Shown piece by piece: positions 26,088 to 38,953 of a stretch of 64,000 nt of DNA. The notes under the pieces are model-generated. The model made no database searches. It was not told where the DNA came from and was given only the letters and a program-made list of their open reading frames with translations. Source of the DNA: Kiritimatiellia bacterium (lineage in GTDB: Bacteria; Verrucomicrobiota; Kiritimatiellia; RFP12; UBA1067); assembly GCA_017962315.1 (NCBI GenBank), contig JAGCVN010000042.1, positions 16,031-80,030 on the forward strand, read 5' to 3'. Each line of letters begins with the position of its first letter. The stretch's first letter is position 1. The translations under genes and the position numbers were made by a program.

Positions 26088-27043
26088 ACCGCTGGTTTCT
26101 CATCGCGGCCTTCGCCGCCTCTCTCTCCGCCTCAGCGCATGGGGCACAGGTTCCTTCCACAGACTCGCAGGGGGGCTTGATCGTCACGGCGACGCTTTTC
26201 CCTGTGTTCGACTGGGCGCGGCAGATCGCCGGCGGAGAGGCGAAGTCGGTAGACCTGTTGCTCGACAGCGGGGTGGATCTGCACAGTTACCAGCCCTCGG
26301 CGGGGGATATCGTCAAGATCCTTTCCAGCGACGTCTTCCTGTACGTAGGGGGCGAGTCCGATGCATGGGTGAAAGATCTGTTTGCACGGAATGCAAAAAC
26401 CAAAGTCCGCGCCGTCAACCTGTTGAACCTATTGAACGGAGCCGTCAAGGCGGAAACGCACGAGGAGGTCGCCGGTTGCGGGCATCGCCACGAAACGGCA
26501 GACCGGGAAGTCGACGAACACATCTGGCTTTCGCTTCGCCTCGCACAGGCGGCCTGTTCCCGTCTCGCGGAACTCTTCGCAGAATGTGACCCCGTGAACG
26601 CAACGGCGTACCGGAGGCGTTCCGCCGCCTACCTCGGCGACTTGCGAGCCTTGGACGAAGCCTACAGGGCGGCCGTATCCGCCGCGCCACGCAAGGTGTT
26701 GCTGTTCGGCGACCGGTTCCCGTTCCGATACCCGGCGGACGACTACGGGTTGACGTGTTACGCCGCGTTCCCCGGCTGTTCGTCGGAAACGGCGGCGAGT
26801 TTCAAGACCATCGCCTCCCTCTCGGAAAAGATGGATGAACTGGATTTGCCCGCGATTTTCATCCTTGAAGGTTCGGGCCGTCAGATCGCCCGGACTATCC
26901 TCCAGAACACGAAACGCCCGGACCGTCCGATCCTCACGTTGAATTCCATGCAGGGGACCGCGAAAGAGGATGTTGAACACGGTGCCACCTATCTGGGTAT
27001 CATGCGCCAAAACCTAGAAAACCTGAAGAAGGCGGTCAACTAG
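26084..27043 (+). CDS. znuA: zinc ABC transporter substrate-binding protein ZnuA (TroA family, His/Asp/Glu-rich loop)
   Basis: Signal peptide plus ETHEEVAGCGHRHETADREVDEH loop. Confidence 0.8.
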   Translation: MNRWFLIAAFAASLSASAHGAQVPSTDSQGGLIVTATLFPVFDWARQIAGGEAKSVDLLLDSGVDLHSYQPSAGDIVKILSSDVFLYVGGESDAWVKDLFARNAKTKVRAVNLLNLLNGAVKAETHEEVAGCGHRHETADREVDEHIWLSLRLAQAACSRLAELFAECDPVNATAYRRRSAAYLGDLRALDEAYRAAVSAAPRKVLLFGDRFPFRYPADDYGLTCYAAFPGCSSETAASFKTIASLSEKMDELDLPAIFILEGSGRQIARTILQNTKRPDRPILTLNSMQGTAKEDVEHGATYLGIMRQNLENLKKAVN

Positions 27044-27047
27044 TCCC

Positions 27048-27758
27048 ATGTCCTTGCTTTCGTGCCACAACCTGTCCGTCGGATACGGCGGCGTGAAAAT
27101 CCTCGAAGACCTGAACTTTTCGGTCGAACGGGGCGATTACCTGTGCATCCTCGGCGAAAACGGGGCGGGGAAAAGCACGTTGATGAAAACGTTGCTCCAA
27201 CTCCTTCCGCCGGAGGGCGGGACGATCGAGACGGGGGATGGGTTCAAGCGCGACGAACTGGGGTACCTGCCTCAGCAGTCGGCGATCCAGCGCGACTTCC
27301 CCGCATCTGTCCGCGAAGTCGTACTTTCGGGTTGCCTGAACCGCTGCGGGTGGAAACCGTTCTATTCGTTGCGCGAAAAGGCACTCGCACGCCGGAATAT
27401 GGAGCGGATGGAGATTCTGCCGCTGGCGAAACGGTGTTACCGTGAACTTTCCGGAGGACAGCAACAGCGCGTCCTTTTGGCGCGCGCGCTTTGCGCGACC
27501 AAGAAAATGCTGCTGCTCGATGAACCCGTCGCCGGACTCGATCCCGCCATGCAGGTTTCGATGTACCACGTAATCGAAGAATTAAACCGGAAAGACCGGA
27601 TCACCATCCTGATGGTGTCACATGATTTCGAGGCAGCCCTGACCTATGCGTCCCACATCCTCCACATCGCGCGCGGGGGGTCTTTCTTCGGGACGGTGGC
27701 CGCATACCGGGCCAGTGCATTTGCACGGTCGTTCGCGCGTAGGAGGGGGGAGGCATGA
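27048..27758 (+). CDS. znuC: zinc ABC transporter ATP-binding protein ZnuC
   Basis: Walker A GENGAGKST, ABC signature LSGGQQQR. Confidence 0.85.
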   Translation: MSLLSCHNLSVGYGGVKILEDLNFSVERGDYLCILGENGAGKSTLMKTLLQLLPPEGGTIETGDGFKRDELGYLPQQSAIQRDFPASVREVVLSGCLNRCGWKPFYSLREKALARRNMERMEILPLAKRCYRELSGGQQQRVLLARALCATKKMLLLDEPVAGLDPAMQVSMYHVIEELNRKDRITILMVSHDFEAALTYASHILHIARGGSFFGTVAAYRASAFARSFARRRGEA

Positions 27759-28600
27759 TCGACCAGATTTGCCAATACCTGAGTTTCCCGTTTGTGCGGT
27801 ACGCCCTGATCGTAGGCGTCCTGGTCTCGCTCTGTTCCTCGCTGCTCGGCGTGACGCTCGTGTTGAAACGGTTTTCGTTCATCGGGGACGGGCTGTCACA
27901 CGTCGCATTTTTCGCGATGGCGGTCGCCGCCGTCCTGCGCTTCACGAACAACATGCCGGTAATCCTCCTGATCACCACGCTTGCGGCAGTCCTTGTGTTG
28001 AGCGGGGGACGGCGGATGAAACTCAAGGGCGATGCCATGATCGCAATGCTCTCGGTCGGCGCGCTTGCCTTCGGCTATCTCCTGATGAACCTGTTCGCCA
28101 AGACATCGAACCTGTCGGGTGACGTCTGCGGAACGCTCTTCGGCTCGACGTCGATCCTCACGCTCGGGCCGGATCAGGTCTGGCTCTGCGTCGGCCTTTC
28201 CGGCGCGGTACTCGCTTTCTTTCTCTTCTTCTACCACAGAATCTTCGCCGTGACGTTCGATGAAGATTTTGCACAGGCGACCGGCGTCCGCGCCCGCGCC
28301 TACAACCAGATGCTCGCTGTGATCATCGCGGTAATCATCGTGCTGGCGATGAACCTGGTCGGCGCACTGCTCATCTCCGCGTTGATCGTCTTTCCGGCGC
28401 TCTCCGCGATGCGTGTCTTCAAAAGTTTCCGGAGCGTACTGATCTGTTCGGCGGTACTTTCCGTCGCCTGTTCGCTCGCCGGGATTTTGACGTCGATCCT
28501 CTGGGACACGCCGGTCGGTCCGACCATCGTGGCGGCGGACATCGCGGCGTTCGGCCTCTTTTCGGCAGCGGGGCTTTTCACCGGGAAGGGTTCCTCGTAA
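27755..28600 (+). CDS. znuB: zinc/manganese ABC transporter permease ZnuB
   Basis: Polytopic membrane protein following znuC with a 4-nt overlap. Confidence 0.85.
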   Translation: MIDQICQYLSFPFVRYALIVGVLVSLCSSLLGVTLVLKRFSFIGDGLSHVAFFAMAVAAVLRFTNNMPVILLITTLAAVLVLSGGRRMKLKGDAMIAMLSVGALAFGYLLMNLFAKTSNLSGDVCGTLFGSTSILTLGPDQVWLCVGLSGAVLAFFLFFYHRIFAVTFDEDFAQATGVRARAYNQMLAVIIAVIIVLAMNLVGALLISALIVFPALSAMRVFKSFRSVLICSAVLSVACSLAGILTSILWDTPVGPTIVAADIAAFGLFSAAGLFTGKGSS

Positions 28601-28630
28601 ACCACTTCGGCCCCCCGGTGCGGGGAAAAT

Positions 28631-29617
28631 CTATTTGCCTTCCGTCAGGCCGGGATACGCAAGCACGACGAAACCGTGTATCGAGCCAAACAGGGCTGGG
28701 TCATACAGCGACCAGACAACCTTCCCCGTTTCGTCGAATTCCAGAAGTTGCCATCCACGCTTTGAATCGCCGGCGCCGTGCCCTGTCCAGTTGGCGACCA
28801 AGACATGGCCGTTCGGAAATTCTTTCACTGAAGCGAAGAAATATCCCTTTTTCCCTTCTTCGACCGGGGCGGGCCACACTTTCTCCACTTTGCCGTCCAA
28901 CGCGAAACGGACAAGTTCTGCGGCATAGCCGGCACCGGTCCAATAGCCCTTCCCGTCCAACGACGTGACGGCATGGTACATGTTACGGCTATGCGGCATC
29001 GCGAAATGCCTGGCCTCCGAAACCTCCATATCCTTGTCTGCATCGGGAAGGCGTACACGGGAAAACCCTTTTTCATGGGCGATCAACGCCTCCTTTCCGC
29101 CGGGCAGGAGCGTCATCGTGCGGGCGTTGAAAATGCCGGAACAGGTATAGGTCGCCACAAGGCGGCGGTCTTTCGAGAACTTCCTCAGCAACACGGCGCG
29201 TTTCTTGGGTTCGTTCTTCTTGCCGCGCGGATTGACGCAGACGACGAACCCGCCGTCGGGCAACGAACTGACGGCGGAAAGGCCGGCGATGGACGGATGG
29301 CGGAACTCATCCACGTCACGACGTTCGTCCAGATCAACCACTTTGAACCCGTTCCGGCACACATACCGGTAACGCCCGATCTTTCCAGGAACGACGGGGC
29401 CGACACGCTGGAGGTCCCATGTGGTCTTCTCCGCGTTCACGAAAAAACATTTTCCGGGATCTGATGAATCGTAATAGTGGATACGCCCGCGGGATTCATC
29501 GGAGAGGACAAGCCTCCGGACCGGCTCGGCACCCGCCTCCGTGACCGCAACCATGAACACTGCGCAGAGAACGGCCTTCATGGCAGCCGCAATCTGTTTT
29601 TTCCCGTGTGTCGTCAT
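28631..29617 (-). CDS. secreted hypothetical protein (beta-rich, possible propeller)
   Basis: Start at the internal ATG giving signal peptide MTTHGKKQIAAAMKAVLCAVFMVAVTEAGA; no recognisable catalytic motif. Confidence 0.45.
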   Translation of the reverse strand: MTTHGKKQIAAAMKAVLCAVFMVAVTEAGAEPVRRLVLSDESRGRIHYYDSSDPGKCFFVNAEKTTWDLQRVGPVVPGKIGRYRYVCRNGFKVVDLDERRDVDEFRHPSIAGLSAVSSLPDGGFVVCVNPRGKKNEPKKRAVLLRKFSKDRRLVATYTCSGIFNARTMTLLPGGKEALIAHEKGFSRVRLPDADKDMEVSEARHFAMPHSRNMYHAVTSLDGKGYWTGAGYAAELVRFALDGKVEKVWPAPVEEGKKGYFFASVKEFPNGHVLVANWTGHGAGDSKRGWQLLEFDETGKVVWSLYDPALFGSIHGFVVLAYPGLTEGK

Positions 29618-29642
29618 CTTCCTATCCCTTTTCACAAATCTT

Positions 29643-32437
<2,795 letters not shown>

Positions 32438-32455
32438 GATGGCTTCTCTGCTCCG

Positions 32456-33007
32456 TTACGCGGTGATGATCGCCAGAAACTTCGCCGGCTCGTCGCCGAG
32501 CGTCTGCATACCGTGGGGTTTCGTCGCGTCGAAATAAATGCTGTCGCCGGTTCCCAGGTCGATTTCTTTCCCGTCCACCGTGAGACGCATCCGTCCGGAA
32601 AGGACATAGTTGAACTCCTGCCCGGGATGCGTGTTCAGATGAAGCTCCTTCAGGGAAGGTTCGACGGTGACGATGTACGGCTCCATCTTCTTGCCGGAGA
32701 AAAGGACGCTCAACGCCTCGTAGTGGTAGACATTGCGGCGCGCGACAACCGCGCCCTCGCCTTTGCGCGTGACCCGGAAGACGTGCGCATGGGCATCGCC
32801 CCCCGTGAGAATCGCCGTCGGCTCAACCTTGTAGAGCGCCGCCAGAATCGAGACGGTACTCATCGGCACGTCAAGCTCGCCGTTTTCATACCGGACGTAA
32901 TCGGTCAAGGGGATACCCGCCCGCCGGGCGACTTCCTCGGCACTGAAATCGGAGGCGTCGCGCAACCCGCGAACCCGCTCCGCAATCGATTTTCTCTGGT
33001 TCTCCAT
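32456..33007 (-). CDS. XRE-family HTH regulator with C-terminal cupin domain
   Basis: N-terminal HTH IAERVRGLRDASDFSAEEVARRAGI; C-terminal cupin-like beta-barrel. Confidence 0.8.
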   Translation of the reverse strand: MENQRKSIAERVRGLRDASDFSAEEVARRAGIPLTDYVRYENGELDVPMSTVSILAALYKVEPTAILTGGDAHAHVFRVTRKGEGAVVARRNVYHYEALSVLFSGKKMEPYIVTVEPSLKELHLNTHPGQEFNYVLSGRMRLTVDGKEIDLGTGDSIYFDATKPHGMQTLGDEPAKFLAIITA

Positions 33008-33081
33008 CTCTGACTCCGTTCTTGTACGTGAAAGCGGGCGGGAAGTTTACTCCCTTCCCTCTTCCATTACCAGTAAAAACG

Positions 33082-35115
33082 TCACACCTCCGCACCCCGA
33101 TCCGCCGTGAGGACGGCGAACATTTCGCCGGAGGTCTGGCACTTCTCCAGGGTCGCAACATTCGCTTCGTCCTGCAAGACACCGCTCACCGCGCTGATGA
33201 ACTCCAGATACGGAGTGGGGGCGTCCGCCGGACTGAGCGTCAAGACAATCACCCGCGACGGGGTTCCGTCGGGTGCGCCGAATGCCACCCCATCGGGGGC
33301 CAGTCCCACCGCGCAGACGAGGCGTTCGACTTCCGTCGTGCGCGCATGGGGGCAGGCAATTCCGCTATGCACCGCCGTGGACATCGCCGCTTCGCGCTGG
33401 AGGATCTGCGCGTACGTCCCGCTGATGCTGTGAATCGCGCCTTGTTCAACGAGAATCATCAACAGTTCGCGAATGCACGCCTCGCGGGTCTTTCCCCGGA
33501 GATGCGGGATCATCGTGTCCGGAGAAAGAACGTCGAGCAGGATTTTCCGATGTGGCGCGACGCGTTCTGCCGCGCCCGCATGTCCCCCCCCGTCCCGGCG
33601 GAAAGGCTTGTGCAGTTCGTCCAACGCCTGTTCCAGCGCGAGGACGGATTCGTCTACCATCAAGTCCAGTACGGGGCGGGCGTCCTCCGGAATTGCGATC
33701 TGCAACTCCTCGCCCCGGTGCAACAGACGCACGGCCAGGCCGTCTTTCCGCGCCAGACAGAGGTTCCGGTCGTTATCCAGCGTCGCGGTGAAGAAACCCT
33801 CGTGCCGTAAACCGACGCGGAGCGAATAGGCGAGCGCTCCGGCCACGCCGGCATTCGGGAAGTGGAAGGAAAGGACCCGCGACTCGGGGGACGGCCGTAC
33901 CCATTTCCGAAGCAGGAGGGAGACGGCGGCCGCGAACAAGACCAGCCACGCCACGCCCGCACTGTACACCGGGCGCGGAACCGCGTCGCACAGGAAAGCC
34001 GTCCCCGCGGCCAACAACGCGAGCCCGCCCTTCCCCGTCAACGCGAACCCCGTCAACGCGGCATCCGGGAGCGGCGTCTTGCCCAGGCGCAAAACGGCCA
34101 GCGTTCCGACGACCTTCGCCGCTGCCGTCGCCAGCACGAAGAACAACGCCGCGAAGACGACGGCAGGCAATTGCAGCGCGGCGGGATCCACCGCCATCCC
34201 CAGAAGCGAGGCCAGCATCAAAAGGCAGACAGACAGCGGAACGCGCAGCAACCGGGCAAGACGTTCCTTCGCCTCCGAGCGCGCGTAGGCGAGGCCGAGC
34301 AGGTACGCCCCCGCGCACGAGGGCAGGGAAAGGAGGCGGAACACTCCGGTCAACAGGAAAAGGAGGCCGAGCGCAAAAACCAGGCATTGCGCGGCGGATC
34401 CACGCCGGGCCAGACGGCGGTCAACCTTGCGGACCAACAGGAAACAGCCGAGCGCAGCCGCAAACCCCGTCGCAAACGACGTCCACGAATTTCCAGACGC
34501 GCAGTGTACCCCGACGGTCAGGAGGACCACCACGAGGAGGTCGAGCGCGAGCGTCCCCGCGAAAACGCGCCGTCCGGACGCCGCTGCCAACTGGTTGCGA
34601 TCGGCAAGGACGCGGGAGGCGAGTCCCATGCCACCCGCCGCCGCCACCGAAGCGGTGAGCACAAGCGTCGCGGCGGTCGGTGTCGCCGGCGACAGCCACC
34701 AAACGACACCCGCCCCCGCGAGCGCGGCGACAAGGCCGCCGCATAACCCCGCCAGCGCGCCGCGGCAGGGGGTGCGGAAAACCCCGAGGTCGGTCTCCAT
34801 CCCCATTGCAAACAGATACGGGATCGCGCAGAAAAGCACCGTCGCCTGAAACATCGTCCCCTTCGTGAAAGACGCGAGCAACCCCTCCGGGAAACCGGGG
34901 ATCGGCAAGCCGCCCAGGACGAAAGGCCCCGCAAGAATCCCGGCGACACACGCGCCAAGCGGGACGGGCAACTTCCATTTGGCGAAAAGAAGACCTCCCA
35001 ACCAGGCGGACATAAGCGTCACGCCGAGTTGCAAGACGAACAGCAAAGCGTCATCAGAACACATGCAAAATCCCTTTGGCGTTGAAACGTGTTGCGCTTT
35101 AGTATACCCCCGCAA
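33082..35115 (-). CDS. cation:proton antiporter (CPA/Kef-type membrane domain) fused to C-terminal PTS EIIA-2 (fructose/nitrogen-type) regulatory domain; start uncertain (alternative ATG at 35064)
   Basis: ~400 aa polytopic region, then ...MSTAVHSGIACPHARTTEV... matching the EIIA-2 active-site block GIAIPHA. Confidence 0.65.
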   Translation of the reverse strand: MRGYTKAQHVSTPKGFCMCSDDALLFVLQLGVTLMSAWLGGLLFAKWKLPVPLGACVAGILAGPFVLGGLPIPGFPEGLLASFTKGTMFQATVLFCAIPYLFAMGMETDLGVFRTPCRGALAGLCGGLVAALAGAGVVWWLSPATPTAATLVLTASVAAAGGMGLASRVLADRNQLAAASGRRVFAGTLALDLLVVVLLTVGVHCASGNSWTSFATGFAAALGCFLLVRKVDRRLARRGSAAQCLVFALGLLFLLTGVFRLLSLPSCAGAYLLGLAYARSEAKERLARLLRVPLSVCLLMLASLLGMAVDPAALQLPAVVFAALFFVLATAAAKVVGTLAVLRLGKTPLPDAALTGFALTGKGGLALLAAGTAFLCDAVPRPVYSAGVAWLVLFAAAVSLLLRKWVRPSPESRVLSFHFPNAGVAGALAYSLRVGLRHEGFFTATLDNDRNLCLARKDGLAVRLLHRGEELQIAIPEDARPVLDLMVDESVLALEQALDELHKPFRRDGGGHAGAAERVAPHRKILLDVLSPDTMIPHLRGKTREACIRELLMILVEQGAIHSISGTYAQILQREAAMSTAVHSGIACPHARTTEVERLVCAVGLAPDGVAFGAPDGTPSRVIVLTLSPADAPTPYLEFISAVSGVLQDEANVATLEKCQTSGEMFAVLTADRGAEV

Positions 35116-35295
35116 AAGGGAAAAATCAAGTCAAAGGTAAATGCGCCTTCGGTACGGGCGTTCAGCCCGCGTTTCGCGGTTGAATGTTCGTTAGGGGCTC
35201 GTACCAGAAACGACATGGCGGACAAGGTATTTTTCCATTCGTTCAAGGTGTGTTTTCGCTTTTCAAAGGGGAATTTTTTTGGTATCCTTACGTCC

Positions 35296-36108
35296 ATGAA
35301 ATTTGTGCTTTCCATCTTGATTGCGCTGGTGTGTTGCGGGGCCGTTTCGGCCGCGCAGACCTACAAGCCATATGCCATCGACCGTTATCAGTCGATTCTC
35401 GACCGAATGCCGTTCGGGCCATTGCCCCCGAATTTCTCGGAGGATGGCGAGCCAGAACCCGCCCCTGTGATGACCGAGGAGGAGATCAAAACCGCCGAGG
35501 AAATCCGCGTTGAACAGCAGCAGCTGGCGAAAGGCGTGAAGGTCTCTTGCGTGAACATCAACCCCGACGGCGAGGTGATGGTCGGGTTCACGGACACGGA
35601 CGAGAAGCCGCCGATCAACTTCTACATGGCAGTGGGCGACGAACGGAAGGGCTGGTCGATTGTCGACGCGGACTACGACAAGGAGTGGGCGCAGCTGAAG
35701 AAGAACGACATAGTCATCACCATGAAACTGGGCGAGGGACTGATCGACGCCCCCGCCGGTTCAAAGGGAGCCACGATGTCGAACACGGTCTCCGTGGCAT
35801 CGGCAGCGCCCCCCGCTCCCGCAGCCCCGCCGCAAACCGTCCGCCAGCTCTCGTCCCTGCAGCCCCCTGCCCCGATCCCTCCGGCCGGTTCGTCTTTCAT
35901 GGAGCGCATGAAGGAACGTGCCGCGCGCACGGAGCGCGAACGCAAGGAACAGGCCGCGCTTGCCAAACAGCAAAGTGAGGAACATACCAAGAAACTGGTT
36001 GAAATGGCGAAGCAGGCCGCCCTCCAGGAGCTGGAAAAACAACGGCAAGAGGAAGAGCTGGAACGCGAACAGGAGGCGCAGCCACTCCCCACCGGCGTCG
36101 TCGAATGA
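35296..36108 (+). CDS. secreted hypothetical protein with Pro/Ala-rich linker and C-terminal charged coiled-coil
   Basis: Signal peptide MKFVLSILIALVCCGAVSAAQ; start moved to the internal ATG. Confidence 0.45.
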   Translation: MKFVLSILIALVCCGAVSAAQTYKPYAIDRYQSILDRMPFGPLPPNFSEDGEPEPAPVMTEEEIKTAEEIRVEQQQLAKGVKVSCVNINPDGEVMVGFTDTDEKPPINFYMAVGDERKGWSIVDADYDKEWAQLKKNDIVITMKLGEGLIDAPAGSKGATMSNTVSVASAAPPAPAAPPQTVRQLSSLQPPAPIPPAGSSFMERMKERAARTERERKEQAALAKQQSEEHTKKLVEMAKQAALQELEKQRQEEELEREQEAQPLPTGVVE

Positions 36109-36139
36109 CCCTTTATAAACGAAACGAGAAAGGAATCCC

Positions 36140-38170
36140 ATGTCTGAAAACAAGTTCCGTCTAGCCGTTGCGCTGACCACCGCGTTTGCGTGGACGCTCT
36201 CTGCTGAAACCGTCAGCGTCAGGTCGCCGGACGGCGCGAACGAAATCCGCGTCAACACCGAGCCTAACCTTTCTTGCGAGATTCTACGGAAGGGAAAGCG
36301 CCTTTCCGGTCCGAACGCCATCGCCCTCACGCTCGCAGGGAAAGGCACGCTCGGCATCGCCCCCAAGCTGACGGACACGAAGGACACGTCGTGCAAGGGC
36401 AACGTTGTCGCGACTCCGGTCTACAAGAAGGCGTCGATCGACGAACTCGCGCAGAGCAAGCGGTTGTTCTTCGAAGGCGACTGGGGGATCGACCTCACCG
36501 CCCGTGATGACGGAGTTGCCTACCGTTTCTTCACGTCGATTGGCGGACGTATCAAGGTGCTGGACGAAACGGCGGAGGTCGCGTTCGCGGATGCCTCGCA
36601 GTGCGTCTACGCCGCGTTGAACAACGGCGGCGGCGAGGGGGATCCGCTCCAGTGCAGCTGGGAAGGCGTCTACGAACGGTGTACGGTTGGATCCGCCCCG
36701 ACAGACCGCACCAAGAACATCTGGTACGCGCCCATCACGTTCGCGTTCAACGGCGCGGCGATGTGTGTCACCGAGACCGACCTGCGCGACTACGCGGGCT
36801 GGAACTACGTCCGCGACGCGCAGGACGAGAAGAAGCTCGTCGGCGTCTTCGCCCGCTATCCGCAGAAGACGCGGTTCTACGACTGGCGGGTCAAATACAC
36901 CGACCATCCCACGCGCTACCAGCGCGTCCAGTCCCGCGAGGCGTTCATCGCCGAGACGGACGGAACGCGCACCTTCCCCTGGCGCGTCTTCATGCTGGCG
37001 GACAACCTGGCGAAACTCGTCGAGTCCGACATCGTCTACGCGCTCGCTTCGCCCAGCGTGATCGGGGATGCCTCCTGGATCAAGCCGGGGAAAGTCGCCT
37101 GGGACTGGTGGAACTGCTGGAACGTCATCGGCGTGGATTTCCGCGCCGGCTGCAACACGAAGACCTACGAGTATTTCATCGACTTCGCGCAGAAGACGGG
37201 CGTGGAGTACGTCATCTTCGACGAAGGCTGGTCGAAGCACCTGCAGATTTTCGAGTTCAACCCGGAAGTCGACGTCACACACCTCGTGAAGTACGCGAAC
37301 GAGCGCGGCGTCGGCATTATCCTCTGGGCGGCCTGGGCGCAGTTTCTCGGACGCGAGGAGGAGGTCGCCACGCACTACGCGAAGATGGGCGTGAAGGGGT
37401 TCAAGATCGACTTCATGGACCGCGACGACCAGGCGATCGTCAACTTCCTGGAGAAAATGGCCGAAGTCGCCGCCCGACACAAGCTGTTGATCGACTACCA
37501 CGGCATGTACAAGCCGTCCGGGCTCCAGCGTCGTTACCCGAACGTCCTCAACTTCGAGGGCGTACACGGACTTGAAAATTGCAAGTGGGGCCAAAAATGT
37601 GGCAAGTACCTGCCGACGAAGGACTGCACACTCGTCTTCACCCGAATGCTCGCGGGGCCGATGGACTACACCCCCGGCGCGATGCGCAACGTTCTTCGGC
37701 AAGAATGGCGCCCGACGCCCTCCACCCCCGGAGCCCCCGGTACCCGCGTCCACCAGATGGCACTGATGACGCTCTTCGAGGCACCGTTGCAGATGCTCTG
37801 CGACTCCCCCTCGCAGTACCTCGCCAACCGGGAATGTTTCGACTTCATGAGCAAAGTGCCCACCACCTGGGACGACACCAAGGGGCTTTGCGGCGAAATG
37901 GACGAGTTCGCCGCTCTCGCGCGCCGCAAGGGCGACGTCTGGTATGCCGCCGCGATCTGCGGCTGGGACAGGAAGACCATCGCCATCGACACCTCCTTCC
38001 TCGGCGCGGGCGCATGGAGCGCGGAGATCTTCGCAGACGGTGTGAACGCGGATCGCGACGCGACCGACTACGCCCACAAGACCGTGACCGTGCTGGCCGG
38101 TCAGAAGATTCCCGTCAAGTTCGCCCCCGGCGGCGGCTGGACTGCCCGCTTCACCCGCAAACGCAAATAA
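36140..38170 (+). CDS. glycoside hydrolase family 97 (alpha-glucosidase/alpha-galactosidase, SusB-like)
   Basis: 676 aa, signal peptide, GH97-typical N-terminal beta-sandwich and TIM-barrel blocks. The opposite-strand 686-aa ORF is a GC shadow. Confidence 0.8.
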   Translation: MSENKFRLAVALTTAFAWTLSAETVSVRSPDGANEIRVNTEPNLSCEILRKGKRLSGPNAIALTLAGKGTLGIAPKLTDTKDTSCKGNVVATPVYKKASIDELAQSKRLFFEGDWGIDLTARDDGVAYRFFTSIGGRIKVLDETAEVAFADASQCVYAALNNGGGEGDPLQCSWEGVYERCTVGSAPTDRTKNIWYAPITFAFNGAAMCVTETDLRDYAGWNYVRDAQDEKKLVGVFARYPQKTRFYDWRVKYTDHPTRYQRVQSREAFIAETDGTRTFPWRVFMLADNLAKLVESDIVYALASPSVIGDASWIKPGKVAWDWWNCWNVIGVDFRAGCNTKTYEYFIDFAQKTGVEYVIFDEGWSKHLQIFEFNPEVDVTHLVKYANERGVGIILWAAWAQFLGREEEVATHYAKMGVKGFKIDFMDRDDQAIVNFLEKMAEVAARHKLLIDYHGMYKPSGLQRRYPNVLNFEGVHGLENCKWGQKCGKYLPTKDCTLVFTRMLAGPMDYTPGAMRNVLRQEWRPTPSTPGAPGTRVHQMALMTLFEAPLQMLCDSPSQYLANRECFDFMSKVPTTWDDTKGLCGEMDEFAALARRKGDVWYAAAICGWDRKTIAIDTSFLGAGAWSAEIFADGVNADRDATDYAHKTVTVLAGQKIPVKFAPGGGWTARFTRKRK

Positions 38171-38188
38171 GTACAAAGGAGTATTCTT

Positions 38189-38947
38189 GTGAAAACGATT
38201 CCACTGTGCCTTCTCTCCGTCTCGTTCATCCTCGCCGGATGCGTCGGCGACAAGCCCGCGCCCGGCACGCCCCCCGTTGCAAAGGCGACCGTGCAGGAAC
38301 CGGCGCAAACCGCTGCGCATCCCCAGACGGCCCGCCGCGTCCACCCCGACTCCTCGAACTGGCGGACGCTTTTCGACCTCGACCTCGCAAACGCGGAGTT
38401 TGAACAGGGCGTCTGGTTTATCAATGACGAGGGCGACCTAACCGCGAACAAGGATTCCGCGATCTGGTCGAACCGCGACTACCAGAACTTCATTCTCGAC
38501 TTCGAGTACAAGCTCGATCCCGGCGCGAACAGCGGCTGCCTGATCTACTGTGTGAACAAAAAGAACTGGATTCCCGGAACGGTGGAAGTCCAGCTGCTCG
38601 ACGACAACGCAGTCCACCCCGGCAAGATGCCGGGGACGGAACGCAACGGCGGCCTGTACGGCCACCTCGCGCCGAACGTCAACAACGCAAAACCCGCCGG
38701 CGAGTGGAACCGGATGACGGTGTGGGCGGTCGGCAAGCGGATCCGCGTCGCCGTCAACGGGGAAATCACGGTGGACACCGATCTCTCCGCGTGGAAAGAC
38801 GCGAAGAAGAATCCCGACGGTTCGGACATCCCTTCCTGGTTGAGCGTCCCCTGGGCGCAGATCCCGACACACGGACGAATCGGGTTCCAGGGCCGCCATG
38901 GAAAAGCCGCCCCGTACTTCCGTTTCATCCGCGTGAAAGAACTCTAA
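38189..38947 (+). CDS. DUF1080 / 3-keto-disaccharide hydrolase-like lipoprotein (concanavalin-like fold)
   Basis: Lipobox LAGC; NSGCLIYC...WNRMTVWAVGKRIRVAVNG typical of the family. Confidence 0.65.
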   Translation: MKTIPLCLLSVSFILAGCVGDKPAPGTPPVAKATVQEPAQTAAHPQTARRVHPDSSNWRTLFDLDLANAEFEQGVWFINDEGDLTANKDSAIWSNRDYQNFILDFEYKLDPGANSGCLIYCVNKKNWIPGTVEVQLLDDNAVHPGKMPGTERNGGLYGHLAPNVNNAKPAGEWNRMTVWAVGKRIRVAVNGEITVDTDLSAWKDAKKNPDGSDIPSWLSVPWAQIPTHGRIGFQGRHGKAAPYFRFIRVKEL

Positions 38948-38953
38948 ACCTCC

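Noticed and set aside
36284-38344. 686-aa ORF on the minus strand opposite the GH97 gene. Similar long antisense ORFs: 1116..2210 (+), 3513..4616 (+), 15622..16545 (-), 17610..19568 (+), 29541..30944 (+), 31235..32431 (+), 38438..39826 (-), 40950..42920 (-), 46260..47213 (-), 50900..52363 (-).
   Set aside because: High GC suppresses stop codons on the antisense strand. These ORFs are Arg/Gly/Pro-rich and lack motifs, and the sense-strand genes have clear family signatures.
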